The notes under the pieces are model-generated. The model searched no databases and was not told where the DNA came from. It worked only from the letters and a program-made list of their open reading frames with translations. DNA of 64,000 nt from contig JAUVXF010000012.1 of the NCBI GenBank assembly GCA_030603695.1, positions 20,795 to 84,794 on the forward strand. The letters run 5' to 3'. Of this stretch, positions 22,421 to 32,005 are shown piece by piece. This DNA comes from Natronohydrobacter sp. GTDB lineage: Bacteria; Pseudomonadota; Alphaproteobacteria; Rhodobacterales; Rhodobacteraceae. The position numbers and the translations under genes are program-made. Positions within the stretch are counted from its first letter, which is position 1, and each line of letters opens with the position of its first letter.

Positions 22421-23224
22421 ATGGATACCCCCTATGGCTGGCTGTTTTTCGGCAATTTCGATCTGGCGCTGATCTCGCTTTATCTGTTCTGGCTGTTTTT
22501 TGCCGGGCTGATCGTGTATATTCAGCGTGAGAACATGCGCGAAGGCTACCCGCTGGAAAACGATGATGGCAGCCACGCAAATTCGCTTTTGCCGGTTCCA
22601 GAGGCGAAAACATTTGTCCTGCCCCATGGGCGCGGCGAATATAACGCACCCGATTTCGTGCGTGAACAGCGCGAATTGGCGCTTGCGCCCACCGCTGGCA
22701 GTGGCGGCTTTCCCTTTGCCCCGACGGGCGATCCCATGAAAGACGGCGTTGGCCCGGCATCCTGGGCCATGCGCCGTGACGAGCCGGAATTGGATGGCCA
22801 TGCCCATCCGAAAATCCAGCCCATGGCGAAAGTGGGCGATTTTGCCGTTTCCGCCGGGCGCGATCCGCGCGGGCTGCCTGTTGTGGGCAATGACCAGAAA
22901 TCGGCAGGCAAGATCACCGATATGTGGGTGGATGTGCCAGAACAACTTGTGCGCTATCTGGAAGCCACGCTGGAGGATGGCACAAAGCGCCTGATCCCCA
23001 TGCAGATGGTGCGGATCAAATCCAACATGGTCTATGTCAATTCCATTGATGCAGCCTCGTTCACCGATGCGCCCGTGATCGCCAGCGATGCGCAAATCAC
23101 CAAGCTGGAAGAAGAGAAAGTCTCTGGCTTCTATGCGGGTGGCTATCTCTATCGCAGCGACAAGCGCATCACCTCTGCCACCAAGCTGGGGATACTGATG
23201 GGCATGCTCTCCAAGCCCGCCTGA
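22421..23224 (+). CDS. puhA: Photosynthetic reaction centre H subunit (PuhA)
   Basis: N-terminal single TM (FFGNFDLALISLYLFWLFFAGLIVYIQRENMREGYPLEN) and a PRC-barrel-like C-terminus. A strong GGAGGAAAG RBS lies upstream. Confidence 0.9.
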   Translation: MDTPYGWLFFGNFDLALISLYLFWLFFAGLIVYIQRENMREGYPLENDDGSHANSLLPVPEAKTFVLPHGRGEYNAPDFVREQRELALAPTAGSGGFPFAPTGDPMKDGVGPASWAMRRDEPELDGHAHPKIQPMAKVGDFAVSAGRDPRGLPVVGNDQKSAGKITDMWVDVPEQLVRYLEATLEDGTKRLIPMQMVRIKSNMVYVNSIDAASFTDAPVIASDAQITKLEEEKVSGFYAGGYLYRSDKRITSATKLGILMGMLSKPA

Positions 23225-23263
23225 CCCACCCTTTGACGACCTAAAAAAATAAGGAACCGGCCC

Positions 23264-23911
23264 ATGTCACACGATGATTTCGCCTTTGAACCTGTGAAGG
23301 GATTGCCAGAGCGGCCCCCGGAACACGAACGCATCCTGTGGCAGGGCCGGCCCGATACCTGGGCCTTGGCGCGCGAAGCCTATAAGATAAACTGGATTAC
23401 CGGCTATTTCGCGGTCATCATCGGCTGGCGGGCCTCTATGGGCGCGCTGGACGGGGGCGCGGCCGGGGCTTTTGCCTTTGGCCTGCCCTATGCGCTGCTA
23501 TGGGCGGCGGCGATGGTGGTGGTGGGGCTGCTGGCCTTGGTCGCTGCGCGCAGCACTGTCTATACCATCACCACGGCGCGGGTGGCCATGCGTATTGGCG
23601 CGGCACTTACCGTCACGCTGAACCTGCCTTTCCGCCAGATCGCCAATGCCGATCTGAAATTGCGCAAGGATGGCACAGGCACAATCGCGCTAGAGACATT
23701 GGGCGAGACGAAATTCTCTTATCTGATCCTCTGGCCCCATGCCCGCCCCGGCCATGTGCGGGTGACAAAGCCCGCTTTGCGCTGCATTCCACAGGCCGCG
23801 AAGATTGCCACCCTGCTGGCAGAGGCCGCAGAGGCGCGCATTTCCCAGCCCGTTATTGAACGCAAGACCAGCGCCACCGCCCCTGCCGGTGATCTGGTTG
23901 CAGCCGAATGA
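23264..23911 (+). CDS. puhB: PuhB, reaction-centre assembly factor
   Basis: 215 aa membrane protein containing ILWQGRPDTWALAREAYK. It lies immediately downstream of puhA, as orf214/puhB does in Rhodobacter. Confidence 0.75.
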   Translation: MSHDDFAFEPVKGLPERPPEHERILWQGRPDTWALAREAYKINWITGYFAVIIGWRASMGALDGGAAGAFAFGLPYALLWAAAMVVVGLLALVAARSTVYTITTARVAMRIGAALTVTLNLPFRQIANADLKLRKDGTGTIALETLGETKFSYLILWPHARPGHVRVTKPALRCIPQAAKIATLLAEAAEARISQPVIERKTSATAPAGDLVAAE

Positions 23912-24408
23912 GGGGCGCCATGACCACGAACCCAAATATGCAAAAGCCCTTCCAACCCGGTTTCAAGCGGGCCGATAACAATGACATGATCCCCCCTGTT
24001 CTGGTGCGGGCCATGTTCGGGCTGGCCGCTATCTCGCTTGCGCTGGTGGCATTTGCCAGCGTCACCGGGCGCGAACGCGCCGCCATCCCCGCGCCTGCCC
24101 CCGTGGTGCAAAGCTGGTCAATCCGGCTGGTGGGCAATGATGCGCAATCCGTCACAGTGCTGGATGCCGGCGGCAACCTGATTGCTGACATGGATCATGG
24201 TGGCTTTGTTACGGTCATTCAGAATGGGCTTATGACAATGCGCCGCCGCCACGGGATCGATCCGACATTGCCGCTGGATATCATCCAGTTTGAAAACGGG
24301 CGACTTGCCGCGATTGACCCGCTGACAGATTACCGCGTCGAGCTGACACAGTTCGGGCGCGACAACCAAGCCGCATTCGAGCGGCTGCTTGCTGAAGTGC
24401 CGCAATAA
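23908..24408 (+). CDS. puhC: PuhC, reaction-centre assembly factor
   Basis: 166 aa with a single N-terminal TM, an ATGA overlap with puhB, and the conserved position. Confidence 0.7.
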   Translation: MRGAMTTNPNMQKPFQPGFKRADNNDMIPPVLVRAMFGLAAISLALVAFASVTGRERAAIPAPAPVVQSWSIRLVGNDAQSVTVLDAGGNLIADMDHGGFVTVIQNGLMTMRRRHGIDPTLPLDIIQFENGRLAAIDPLTDYRVELTQFGRDNQAAFERLLAEVPQ

Positions 24409-24453
24409 GCGGGACAGGCTAAAGACCAAAGAAACCAAAAAAGGGAAAATAAA

Positions 24454-24750
24454 ATGTCACTCTTCTCTCGAAAGGTCGAACAGGTGCCCTGCACTGTCGA
24501 AGTGTCGCACCGCTTTGAAGCACTTCATGCCCATGTCCGGTTCAATGACGGCTCTGTCGTGCATCCCGGCGATGAGGTGCAGGTGCAAGGCCCGCCCGTG
24601 CTGGCCGCATGGGGCGAATTGATCATAGAGGATCGCATTGCCACCATCACCCGCGCAAACGCGCTGGAACGTCTTTGGACACGGCTGACAGGCGATTTCG
24701 AATTCATGGAACTCTGTGAATTCTCTTTCTCAGAGGAGATGAGCGTATGA
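24454..24750 (+). CDS. Conserved small PGC protein immediately upstream of acsF (candidate BciE-like cyclase accessory subunit)
   Basis: 98 aa soluble ORF whose stop overlaps the acsF ATG (ATGA). The assignment rests on position only, not on recognised sequence motifs. Confidence 0.5.
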   Translation: MSLFSRKVEQVPCTVEVSHRFEALHAHVRFNDGSVVHPGDEVQVQGPPVLAAWGELIIEDRIATITRANALERLWTRLTGDFEFMELCEFSFSEEMSV

Positions 24751-25841
24751 ACATGCACGCAACCACCCATGACGAACTTCATGCCGAAATGGCCGACAAG
24801 TTTGATACAGATGCAATGGCGCAGGAATCCACCCTGCTGAACCCGCGCTTCTACACCACCGATTTCGACGAACTTGACCGCATTGACGTAACGCCGGTGC
24901 GCGAAGAATGGGACAAGCTGATCGGCCAGATGAAAGCCGACCCCAACAAGGGGCATTTCAAAAAGAATGCCGATTGGGACAAGGTGGATTGGGACGGCAT
25001 GGAGCCGAAACTCAAGCGCGAGTTCATTGATTTTCTGGTGTCCAGCTGCACAGCCGAATTTTCGGGCTGCGTGCTGTATAAGGAAATGAAGCGCCGTGGC
25101 AAAAACCCCGATATTTGCGAGTTGTTCAATTACATGGCGCGCGACGAGGCGCGGCATGCGGGCTTTATCAATGATGCGCTGCGCGAGGCGGGTGTGGCGG
25201 TGAATCTGGGCTTTCTGACCAAGGCCAAGAAATACACCTATTTCCGGCCCAAATTCATCTACTACGCGACATACCTGTCAGAAAAGATCGGCTATGCGCG
25301 CTATATCACCATCTACCGCCATCTGGAGCAGCACCCAGAGCAGCGCTTTCACCCGATTTTCAAATGGTTCAAGGAATGGTGCAATGATGAATTCAGCCAT
25401 GGCGAAGCATTCGCCCTGCTGATGCGCACCGACCCCAAGCTGACGGAAAGCTTTGCCAACAAGCTTTGGATCCGGTTTTTCCTGACTGCGGTATATTCCA
25501 CCATGTATGTGCGCGACCATGCGCGCCCAGCCTTTCACGAGGCGCTGGGGGTGGATATTGATTGGTATGATCAAGAGGTGTTTCGCAAAACCTCTGAAAT
25601 CGCCAAGCAGGTATTCCCGATGGAACTGGATATCGACCACCCGCGCTGGATGCCCAACCTCAAGCGCATGGAACGGGCATTTCGCAAGATAGAAGCCGGC
25701 GAAAAGCAGGGCGGTATTGCAGGGCGGATTGCGAAATTTGGCGCCGGGGCACAGGCGGCATGGGCCTTTGTGTCGCTCTATACCATCCCGGTCAAGAAAA
25801 GCACGCCTCCCGCTTCGGTGCGTCTGGAACCGGCTTACTGA
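24747..25841 (+). CDS. acsF: Aerobic Mg-protoporphyrin IX monomethyl ester oxidative cyclase AcsF (di-iron)
   Basis: 364 aa. Contains di-iron carboxylate motifs (EFSGCVLYKE...ARDEARHAGF and NDEFSHGEAF). Confidence 0.95.
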   Translation: MNMHATTHDELHAEMADKFDTDAMAQESTLLNPRFYTTDFDELDRIDVTPVREEWDKLIGQMKADPNKGHFKKNADWDKVDWDGMEPKLKREFIDFLVSSCTAEFSGCVLYKEMKRRGKNPDICELFNYMARDEARHAGFINDALREAGVAVNLGFLTKAKKYTYFRPKFIYYATYLSEKIGYARYITIYRHLEQHPEQRFHPIFKWFKEWCNDEFSHGEAFALLMRTDPKLTESFANKLWIRFFLTAVYSTMYVRDHARPAFHEALGVDIDWYDQEVFRKTSEIAKQVFPMELDIDHPRWMPNLKRMERAFRKIEAGEKQGGIAGRIAKFGAGAQAAWAFVSLYTIPVKKSTPPASVRLEPAY

Positions 25842-25898
25842 TACTGTGGGGCGCGTGCGCAGGCACGCCCCCCACTCTTGCCACAGGAGAGAGCGCCC

Positions 25899-26699
25899 AT
25901 GTTTGAAACCCCCTGGATCGCCGCACTTGCTGCGCTTTTCCTGTGGTGGTTCGCCACGGGCATCTTGCTGTGGCGCGTACATGCGGCCGATCGGGGCGGG
26001 CCAGACCAACACGCGTGGTCTGTGATCCTGTCTTTGCCGCTATTTGCCGCCGGGGCTTTGGGCGTGAATGCCACCCTGGCCGATAACAGCGCGCAGGGCG
26101 TGTGGTTTGCGTTTCTTTCGGCGCTCGCGCTTTGGGCCTGGGTGGAACTGGCCTTTTTGTCGGGCGTTGTAACCGGCCCCAATACCCGCCCCTGCCCGGA
26201 TGGGCTGGCACCAGGCGCGCGGTTCTGGGCGGCGTTTCGCACTGTGGCCTGGCATGAATTCCTGCTTGCGGGCGTGCTGGTGGTGCTGATGCTGGCCTGC
26301 ATTGGCGCGCAAAACAGTTTCGCGCTCTGGACATTCCTTGTGCTTTTCGCGGCGCGCATCTCGGCCAAGCTGAACCTGTTTCTGGGTGTGCCGCGTATCA
26401 ATACCGATTTTCTGCCCAAACCGCTGGCGCATCTGTCCAGCTATTTCCGCCAAGGCCCTGTCAGCGGGTTTTTCCCGCTTTCTGTCACGCTCTTGGCGCT
26501 GGCGGTGGGGTGTTTTCTGGAACGGCTGTGGCGGGCGCATCAGGCCGCCGATCAGGGCGCGATCATCGGCTTTACGCTTCTTTCCATGCTTACCGCGCTT
26601 GCACTGCTGGAACATTGGTTCATGGTCTGGCGGGTGCGCGATGACAAACTCTGGCGCTGGATGATCCCTGCGCCCAACACCACAAAACGAAAAACATGA
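25899..26699 (+). CDS. puhE: PuhE membrane protein
   Basis: Polytopic protein after acsF. ATG at 25899 is preceded by AGGAGAGAG. The track ORF starts at an upstream TTG (25878). Confidence 0.8.
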   Translation: MFETPWIAALAALFLWWFATGILLWRVHAADRGGPDQHAWSVILSLPLFAAGALGVNATLADNSAQGVWFAFLSALALWAWVELAFLSGVVTGPNTRPCPDGLAPGARFWAAFRTVAWHEFLLAGVLVVLMLACIGAQNSFALWTFLVLFAARISAKLNLFLGVPRINTDFLPKPLAHLSSYFRQGPVSGFFPLSVTLLALAVGCFLERLWRAHQAADQGAIIGFTLLSMLTALALLEHWFMVWRVRDDKLWRWMIPAPNTTKRKT

Positions 26700-26713
26700 C
26701 CGAGGGGATCCTA

Positions 26714-27925
26714 ATGGACTTTGACATTCATTTCAAAACCGCACTCGATACGCTGAAATCCGAGGGCAATTATCGCATCTTTGCCGAGGTAGAGCGTCAA
26801 TGTGGCAGCTTCCCGAAGGTCAAGCATTTTGCCGGGCCAGAGGTGCAGGAAGTGACTGTCTGGTGCTCGAACGATTATCTGGGCATGGGCCATCATCCCG
26901 ATGTGGTCGACAGCATGGTGCGCGCGGTTCAGGCCTGCGGCACAGGGGCGGGCGGCACGCGCAACATATCGGGCAACAACCACCTGCACCGCATTCTGGA
27001 AGAGGAACTTGCCGATCTGCATGGCAAGGAATCGGCGCTGCTGTTTACCTCTGGCTATGTGTCCAACTGGGCGGCGCTGTCCACTTTGGGCGCGCGCATT
27101 CCCAATGCCGTTATTCTGTCGGACGAGAAAAACCATGCCAGCATGATTGAAGGCATCCGCCATTCCCGCGCCGACAAGGTACTGTGGAAGCATAACGACT
27201 GGCGCGACCTTGATCGCAAGCTGAAAGCGGTGGGCGACAGGCCCAAGATTGTGGCGTTTGAATCTGTCTATTCCATGGATGGCGATATCTGCCCCATGCG
27301 CGAGATTGTGGAAGTGGCCGAAGCGCATGGCGCGCTGACATATCTGGACGAAGTGCATGCCGTGGGCATGTATGGCCCCCGCGGTGGTGGCATTTCGGAA
27401 GAACGTGGGCTGGCCCACCGCATTTCGCTGATCGAGGGCACGTTGGGCAAGGCTTTTGGGGTGATGGGCGGCTATATCACCGGGTCAGAGGCGCTGTGTG
27501 ATTTCATCCGCTCTTTTGCGTCGGGTTTCATCTTTACCACGGCGCTGCCGCCAGCAGTTGCGGCAGCGGCCACGGCCTCTATCCGACATCTGAAGCAATC
27601 AGACAGTGAGCGCATGGCCCAGCGCGACCGCGTGGCACGGCTGCGCGCGCGGCTGGATGCGGCAGGCATTCCCCATATGCAAAGCGACAGCCATATCATT
27701 CCCGTCATGATCGGTGATCCGGTGAAATGCCGCATGATCTCTGATATCCTGATGCGGGATTGGGGCGTTTATGTGCAGCCCATTAATTACCCCACTGTGC
27801 CAAAGGGCACAGAGCGGTTGCGCATTACACCGGGGCCGCTGCATTCGGATGCGGATATAGATCATCTGGTCAATGCGCTCTCGGCCCTATGGAAACAATG
27901 TGCAATTGCGCATGCCGTTGCATGA
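26714..27925 (+). CDS. hemA: 5-aminolevulinate synthase (HemA/ALAS)
   Basis: [35 protein letters not shown] resembles the Rhodobacter ALAS N-terminus, and the protein belongs to the PLP-dependent family. A GAGGGGA RBS lies upstream. An alternative coupled ATG lies at 26696. Confidence 0.9.
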   Translation: MDFDIHFKTALDTLKSEGNYRIFAEVERQCGSFPKVKHFAGPEVQEVTVWCSNDYLGMGHHPDVVDSMVRAVQACGTGAGGTRNISGNNHLHRILEEELADLHGKESALLFTSGYVSNWAALSTLGARIPNAVILSDEKNHASMIEGIRHSRADKVLWKHNDWRDLDRKLKAVGDRPKIVAFESVYSMDGDICPMREIVEVAEAHGALTYLDEVHAVGMYGPRGGGISEERGLAHRISLIEGTLGKAFGVMGGYITGSEALCDFIRSFASGFIFTTALPPAVAAAATASIRHLKQSDSERMAQRDRVARLRARLDAAGIPHMQSDSHIIPVMIGDPVKCRMISDILMRDWGVYVQPINYPTVPKGTERLRITPGPLHSDADIDHLVNALSALWKQCAIAHAVA

Positions 27926-27995
27926 GAGTGCTTGACATGACGCGGGATAATCACACATCAACGCAAATCTGGTAATCACCGGGAGGAAACAGGAC

Positions 27996-28463
27996 ATGTC
28001 TTTCAAATTCGGCGCGGCTGCGGCTGCCCTGACACTAACCTTCGCATCACTGCCCGCCTATGCTGGCGATGCAGAAGCAGGCGCGGCAGCATTTCAAAGC
28101 CAGTGCCAGAACTGCCATAATGTGACAAACGAGGCGGGCGAGGTTCTGGCTGGACGCCCGAATGTGCGCACTGGCCCCAACCTTTACGGCGTGATTGGCC
28201 GTCAGGCTGGAACAGAAGATTTCCGCTATGGCGCATCGCTGGTGGAAGCAGGCGAAGCCGGGCTGGTTTGGGATGAGGCAGAGATGGTGGCATATCTGCT
28301 AGACCCAACAAGCTATCTGCGCGAAAAGCTGGATAGCAACCGTGCGCGCAGCCAGATGTCCTTCCGCGTGCGCGATGAAGCGACAGCGCTGGATATCATC
28401 GCTTTCCTGTCGCAATTCGGAGCAGTTGAAGGCGAGGAGGAAGGCGAGGCAAGCGGCAGCTAA
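27996..28463 (+). CDS. Periplasmic class I c-type cytochrome (cytochrome c2-like)
   Basis: Signal peptide (AAAALTLTFASLPAYA), one CQNCH haem-binding motif and a GGGAGGAAA RBS. It is the last gene before a terminator at the PGC edge. Confidence 0.8.
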   Translation: MSFKFGAAAAALTLTFASLPAYAGDAEAGAAAFQSQCQNCHNVTNEAGEVLAGRPNVRTGPNLYGVIGRQAGTEDFRYGASLVEAGEAGLVWDEAEMVAYLLDPTSYLREKLDSNRARSQMSFRVRDEATALDIIAFLSQFGAVEGEEEGEASGS

Positions 28464-28495
28464 GCCCCGCGCGCTGTTGCTTTTGCATATCATTG

Positions 28496-28535
28496 CCCCG
28501 GTGCGGCCCTTGCGGCAGTGCCGGGGTTTCTTTTT
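28496..28535 (+). terminator. Rho-independent terminator after the cytochrome c gene
   Basis: CCCCGG...CCGGGG stem followed by TTTCTTTTT. Confidence 0.6.
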
Positions 28536-28688
28536 GCCGTCAAGATGGGGCGCATTGCCCGGCATGCACCTGCCTTGACAGGGCTGATACCGCTCCTGTA
28601 GCGCTCTTTCGAGGATTTGAATCTCGAAAGTTATCCGAAATGCACCATCCCCGCGCCGCCCGAACCGGCCCGCAAACAGGGGCCGCTT

Positions 28689-29489
28689 ATGGCCGCTGAC
28701 AAGATCATTCTTATCCCTGCGCGCTATGCGTCCAGCCGCTATCCGGGCAAACCACTGGTGGGGTTGCACGGGGCAAGCGGGGATCGCAAGACGCTGATAG
28801 AGCGAAGCTGGCGCGCGGCTTGCGCTGTCGGGGGGGTGGATGCGGTATATGTGGCCACGGATGACGCCCGCATTGCCGAGACCGCCACAGGCTTTGGCGC
28901 CAATGTGGTGATGACAGACAGCGCCTGCGCCAATGGCACAGAGCGCTGTGCCGATGCGCTGGCGCGCCTTCGCATTGCGCCGCGTGTGGTGGTCAATCTG
29001 CAAGGCGATGCCCCCCTTACCCCGCCATGGTTTATCACCGCGCTGATTGCCGCCATTGAACGCGGCGCGCAGATGGCAACCCCGGTGCTGCGCCTGACGC
29101 CTGCGTCTCACGCGCTGTTCCTGCAAGACCGCCTTGCAGGGCGTGTGGGCGGCACAACCGCTGTCATGGCCGCAGATGGCACGGCGCTCTATTTCTCCAA
29201 GGAAGTGCTGCCGCATACGGGGCGCAGCTACGGTGCGCATGATGTTGTGCCCGCCTTTCACCATGTGGGGGTTTATGCCTACACGCCCACGGCCTTGGCC
29301 AGCTATATGGCGCTGGGGCCTTGCGCGCTGGAAATGCTGGAAGGGTTGGAGCAGTTGCGCTTTCTCTATCATGGCCTGCCTGTCACCTGTATAGAGGTGG
29401 ACGCGCGCGGCCGCGAATTCTGGGAGTTGAACACCCCCGAAGATGTGGCGCGCATAGAAGCCATTTTGGCGCGTGAGGGGATTGAATGA
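28689..29489 (+). CDS. kdsB: 3-deoxy-manno-octulosonate cytidylyltransferase (KdsB)
   Basis: [20 protein letters not shown]-terminal motif. It overlaps kdsA by 4 nt. Confidence 0.85.
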   Translation: MAADKIILIPARYASSRYPGKPLVGLHGASGDRKTLIERSWRAACAVGGVDAVYVATDDARIAETATGFGANVVMTDSACANGTERCADALARLRIAPRVVVNLQGDAPLTPPWFITALIAAIERGAQMATPVLRLTPASHALFLQDRLAGRVGGTTAVMAADGTALYFSKEVLPHTGRSYGAHDVVPAFHHVGVYAYTPTALASYMALGPCALEMLEGLEQLRFLYHGLPVTCIEVDARGREFWELNTPEDVARIEAILAREGIE

Positions 29490-30316
29490 CAACAGTGCAG
29501 ATTGGCCAGATCGAGATAGGCAATACTCTGCCTTTCGTGCTTATCTCTGGCCCCTGCCAGTTGGAAACTCTGGATCATGCGCGCCAGATTGCAGGCGCTC
29601 TGGCCGAAACCTGCGCGCGGCTGGGAATACCTTTCATTTTCAAAGCCAGCTATGACAAGGCCAACCGCACCAGCCTAAGCGGCCCGCGCGGCCCCGGTTT
29701 GGCCGCAGGGCTGGACATTCTGGCGCGCATCCGCGCCGAATTTGGCTGCCCTGTGCTGACAGATGTTCACAGCCCGGAAGACTGCGCGCCAGTTGCCGAA
29801 ATTTGCGATCTGCTGCAAATTCCGGCCTTTCTGTGCCGCCAGACAGATTTGTTGCTGGCCGCAGGGGCCACGGGGCGGGCGATCCATATCAAGAAAGGGC
29901 AGTTTCTGGCACCATGGGACATGGGCAATGTGGCGGCAAAGCTGGCCAGCACCGGGAATGAGCGCATCTTGCTGTGCGAGCGCGGCACATCCTTTGGCTA
30001 TAACACGCTGGTTTCCGATTTCCGCGCCCTGCCAATTATGGCGGGGTTTGGCTATCCGGTGATCTTTGACGCCACCCATTCGGTGCAACAGCCCGGCGGG
30101 CAGGGCCAAAGCTCTGGCGGGCAGCGCGAATTTGTGGCCCTACTGGCGCGCGCGGCTTTGGCCGTGGGCTGCGCGGGCCTGTTTGTTGAAACGCATGAAG
30201 CGCCGGAGACTGCCCCCTCGGACGGGCCGAATATGGTGGCGCTGGCACAGATGCCCGCCCTGTTGGCGCAGTTGCAGGCGTTTGACAGGCTGGCGAAATC
30301 CGCCAGCCTGCCCTAG
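29486..30316 (+). CDS. kdsA: 3-deoxy-8-phosphooctulonate synthase (KdsA)
   Basis: 276 aa with SYDKANRTS and [11 protein letters not shown] motifs. Confidence 0.9.
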   Translation: MTTVQIGQIEIGNTLPFVLISGPCQLETLDHARQIAGALAETCARLGIPFIFKASYDKANRTSLSGPRGPGLAAGLDILARIRAEFGCPVLTDVHSPEDCAPVAEICDLLQIPAFLCRQTDLLLAAGATGRAIHIKKGQFLAPWDMGNVAAKLASTGNERILLCERGTSFGYNTLVSDFRALPIMAGFGYPVIFDATHSVQQPGGQGQSSGGQREFVALLARAALAVGCAGLFVETHEAPETAPSDGPNMVALAQMPALLAQLQAFDRLAKSASLP

Positions 30317-30327
30317 CGTGTATCGCC

Positions 30328-30510
30328 TTAGCTTTGCTGGCCGCGCGCAATCCGCAGATATGCCGCCAGCCGTTGCGCGCTTTGCGGGCGCAGCCGCGCG
30401 ACCAGTTGGCGCGTGGCATGATGCGGGCTTGCGTCGCGCGCGATCTTCACAAACTGGCCAAGGCGTGTGCCCTCGGATTTGCGGGGGTTGTCTATCAGAT
30501 GTCGGGTCAT
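30328..30510 (-). CDS. Hypothetical small basic protein (60 aa)
   Basis: ATG at 30510 is preceded by a strong GAGAGGAGGGAA RBS. I recognise no family. Confidence 0.35.
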   Translation of the reverse strand: MTRHLIDNPRKSEGTRLGQFVKIARDASPHHATRQLVARLRPQSAQRLAAYLRIARGQQS

Positions 30511-30638
30511 GTTATTCCCTCCTCTCGTCAGGTATTCATGATAGCACATCCGCGCCAAAGCGCCAAAGCACAAGGCGCGGTCTTGACGCCCCTGTGAACA
30601 GGCTCTAGCCAGTGCTGCGACCATTGAGAGGAAACTTC

Positions 30639-31742
30639 ATGAGCAATCCTTCCCTGCTAATTCTGCCCGGTGACGGGATCGGCCCAGAGGTTATGGCCGA
30701 AGTGCGCAAGATTATTGATTGGTATGGCGCGAAACGCGGCCTTGTGTTTGATGTCAGCGAAGATTTGGTGGGCGGCGCGGCTTATGACGCGCATGGCACG
30801 CCTTTGCATGATGACACGATGGCCAAGGCGCAAGCCGTAGATGCGGTGCTTTTGGGTGCTGTTGGCGGGCCGAAATACGATGTGCTGGATTTCAGCGTCA
30901 AGCCAGAGCGCGGCCTGCTGCGCCTGCGCAAGGAAATGGATCTGTTTTCCAACCTGCGCCCGGCACAGTGCTTTGATGCGCTGGCCGATTTCTCGTCTTT
31001 GAAAAAGGATGTTGTGGCGGGGCTGGATATCATGATCGTGCGCGAACTGACGTCCGGGGTTTACTTCGGAGAGCCGCGCGGCATTTTCAAAGAGGGCAAT
31101 GAGCGCGTGGGCATCAATACCCAGCGCTACACCGAATCCGAGATTGCGCGCGTGGCGCGTTCGGCCTTTGATCTGGCCATGAAGCGCGGCAAGAAGCTGT
31201 GTTCCATGGAAAAGGCCAATGTGATGGAATCGGGCATTCTGTGGCGCGATGTCGTGACCGAAGTTAGCCGCGAATACCCCGAAGTGGAACTGAGCCACAT
31301 GTATGCCGATGCAGGCGCGATGCAGCTAACCCGCTGGCCGAAACAGTTTGATGTGATCGTAACGGATAACCTGTTTGGCGATCTGTTGTCCGATCTGGCC
31401 GCCATGCTGACAGGCAGCCTTGGTATGCTGCCCTCTGCCAGCCTTGGTGCACCTATGGAAAATGGCCGGCCAAAGGCGCTGTATGAGCCGGTGCACGGCT
31501 CTGCCCCCGATATCGCAGGGCAAGGCAAGGCCAATCCGATCGCCTGTATCCTGAGTTTTGCCATGGCGCTGCGCTATAGCTTCGATCAGGGGCCAGAGGC
31601 CGCACGGCTGGAATCCGCCGTTGAAAAGGTGCTGGCAGATGGCGTGCGCACTGCCGATCTGATGGGGCCGGATGGTGGCGTGCCTGTTTCGACCACAGAA
31701 ATGGGCGATGCCATTCTGGCGGCGCTGGATGCCAGCCTGTAA
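30639..31742 (+). CDS. leuB: 3-isopropylmalate dehydrogenase (LeuB)
   Basis: [18 protein letters not shown]... and [27 protein letters not shown] motifs. Confidence 0.95.
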   Translation: MSNPSLLILPGDGIGPEVMAEVRKIIDWYGAKRGLVFDVSEDLVGGAAYDAHGTPLHDDTMAKAQAVDAVLLGAVGGPKYDVLDFSVKPERGLLRLRKEMDLFSNLRPAQCFDALADFSSLKKDVVAGLDIMIVRELTSGVYFGEPRGIFKEGNERVGINTQRYTESEIARVARSAFDLAMKRGKKLCSMEKANVMESGILWRDVVTEVSREYPEVELSHMYADAGAMQLTRWPKQFDVIVTDNLFGDLLSDLAAMLTGSLGMLPSASLGAPMENGRPKALYEPVHGSAPDIAGQGKANPIACILSFAMALRYSFDQGPEAARLESAVEKVLADGVRTADLMGPDGGVPVSTTEMGDAILAALDASL

Positions 31743-31749
31743 TACGCGC

Positions 31750-31796
31750 GGCGCGGTTCAAGGATACAACGCCTTGTGCCGCGCCATTTTGTTTTT
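31750..31796 (+). terminator. Rho-independent terminator after leuB
   Basis: GGCGCGG..CAAGG..CCTTG..CCGCGCC compound stem followed by ATTTTGTTTTT. Confidence 0.6.
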
Positions 31797-32005
31797 GCAT
31801 GGGTTCAGGGGTGTTACCTGCGCCAGCATGCGGCTTTTATGCACCGCTTGGTCATACTCCCCGGCCCTCCCTCTCTTTGCCCCGCAACGCCGCCGCCCGA
31901 CCTCGCGTTATTTTACAGATTATTTTATTGTATACCATTGTGCACTGTTTACCTTCGCCCTGATTTCGCCTATGCTGCGCGCAAGTTTCAGCAGGGGCCT
32001 TACGC

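Noticed and set aside
21146-23095. 649-aa minus-strand ORF antisense to lhaA and puhA
   Set aside because: It overlaps two strongly supported PGC genes, has no recognisable motifs, and has Arg/Gly/His/Gln-rich shadow composition.
27926-27995. Possible sigma70 promoter (TTGACA) or PpsR/FNR box between hemA and the cytochrome c gene
   Set aside because: TTGACA is present, but no acceptable -10 lies at 16 to 19 nt. No TGT-N12-ACA or TTGAT-N4-ATCAA is present.
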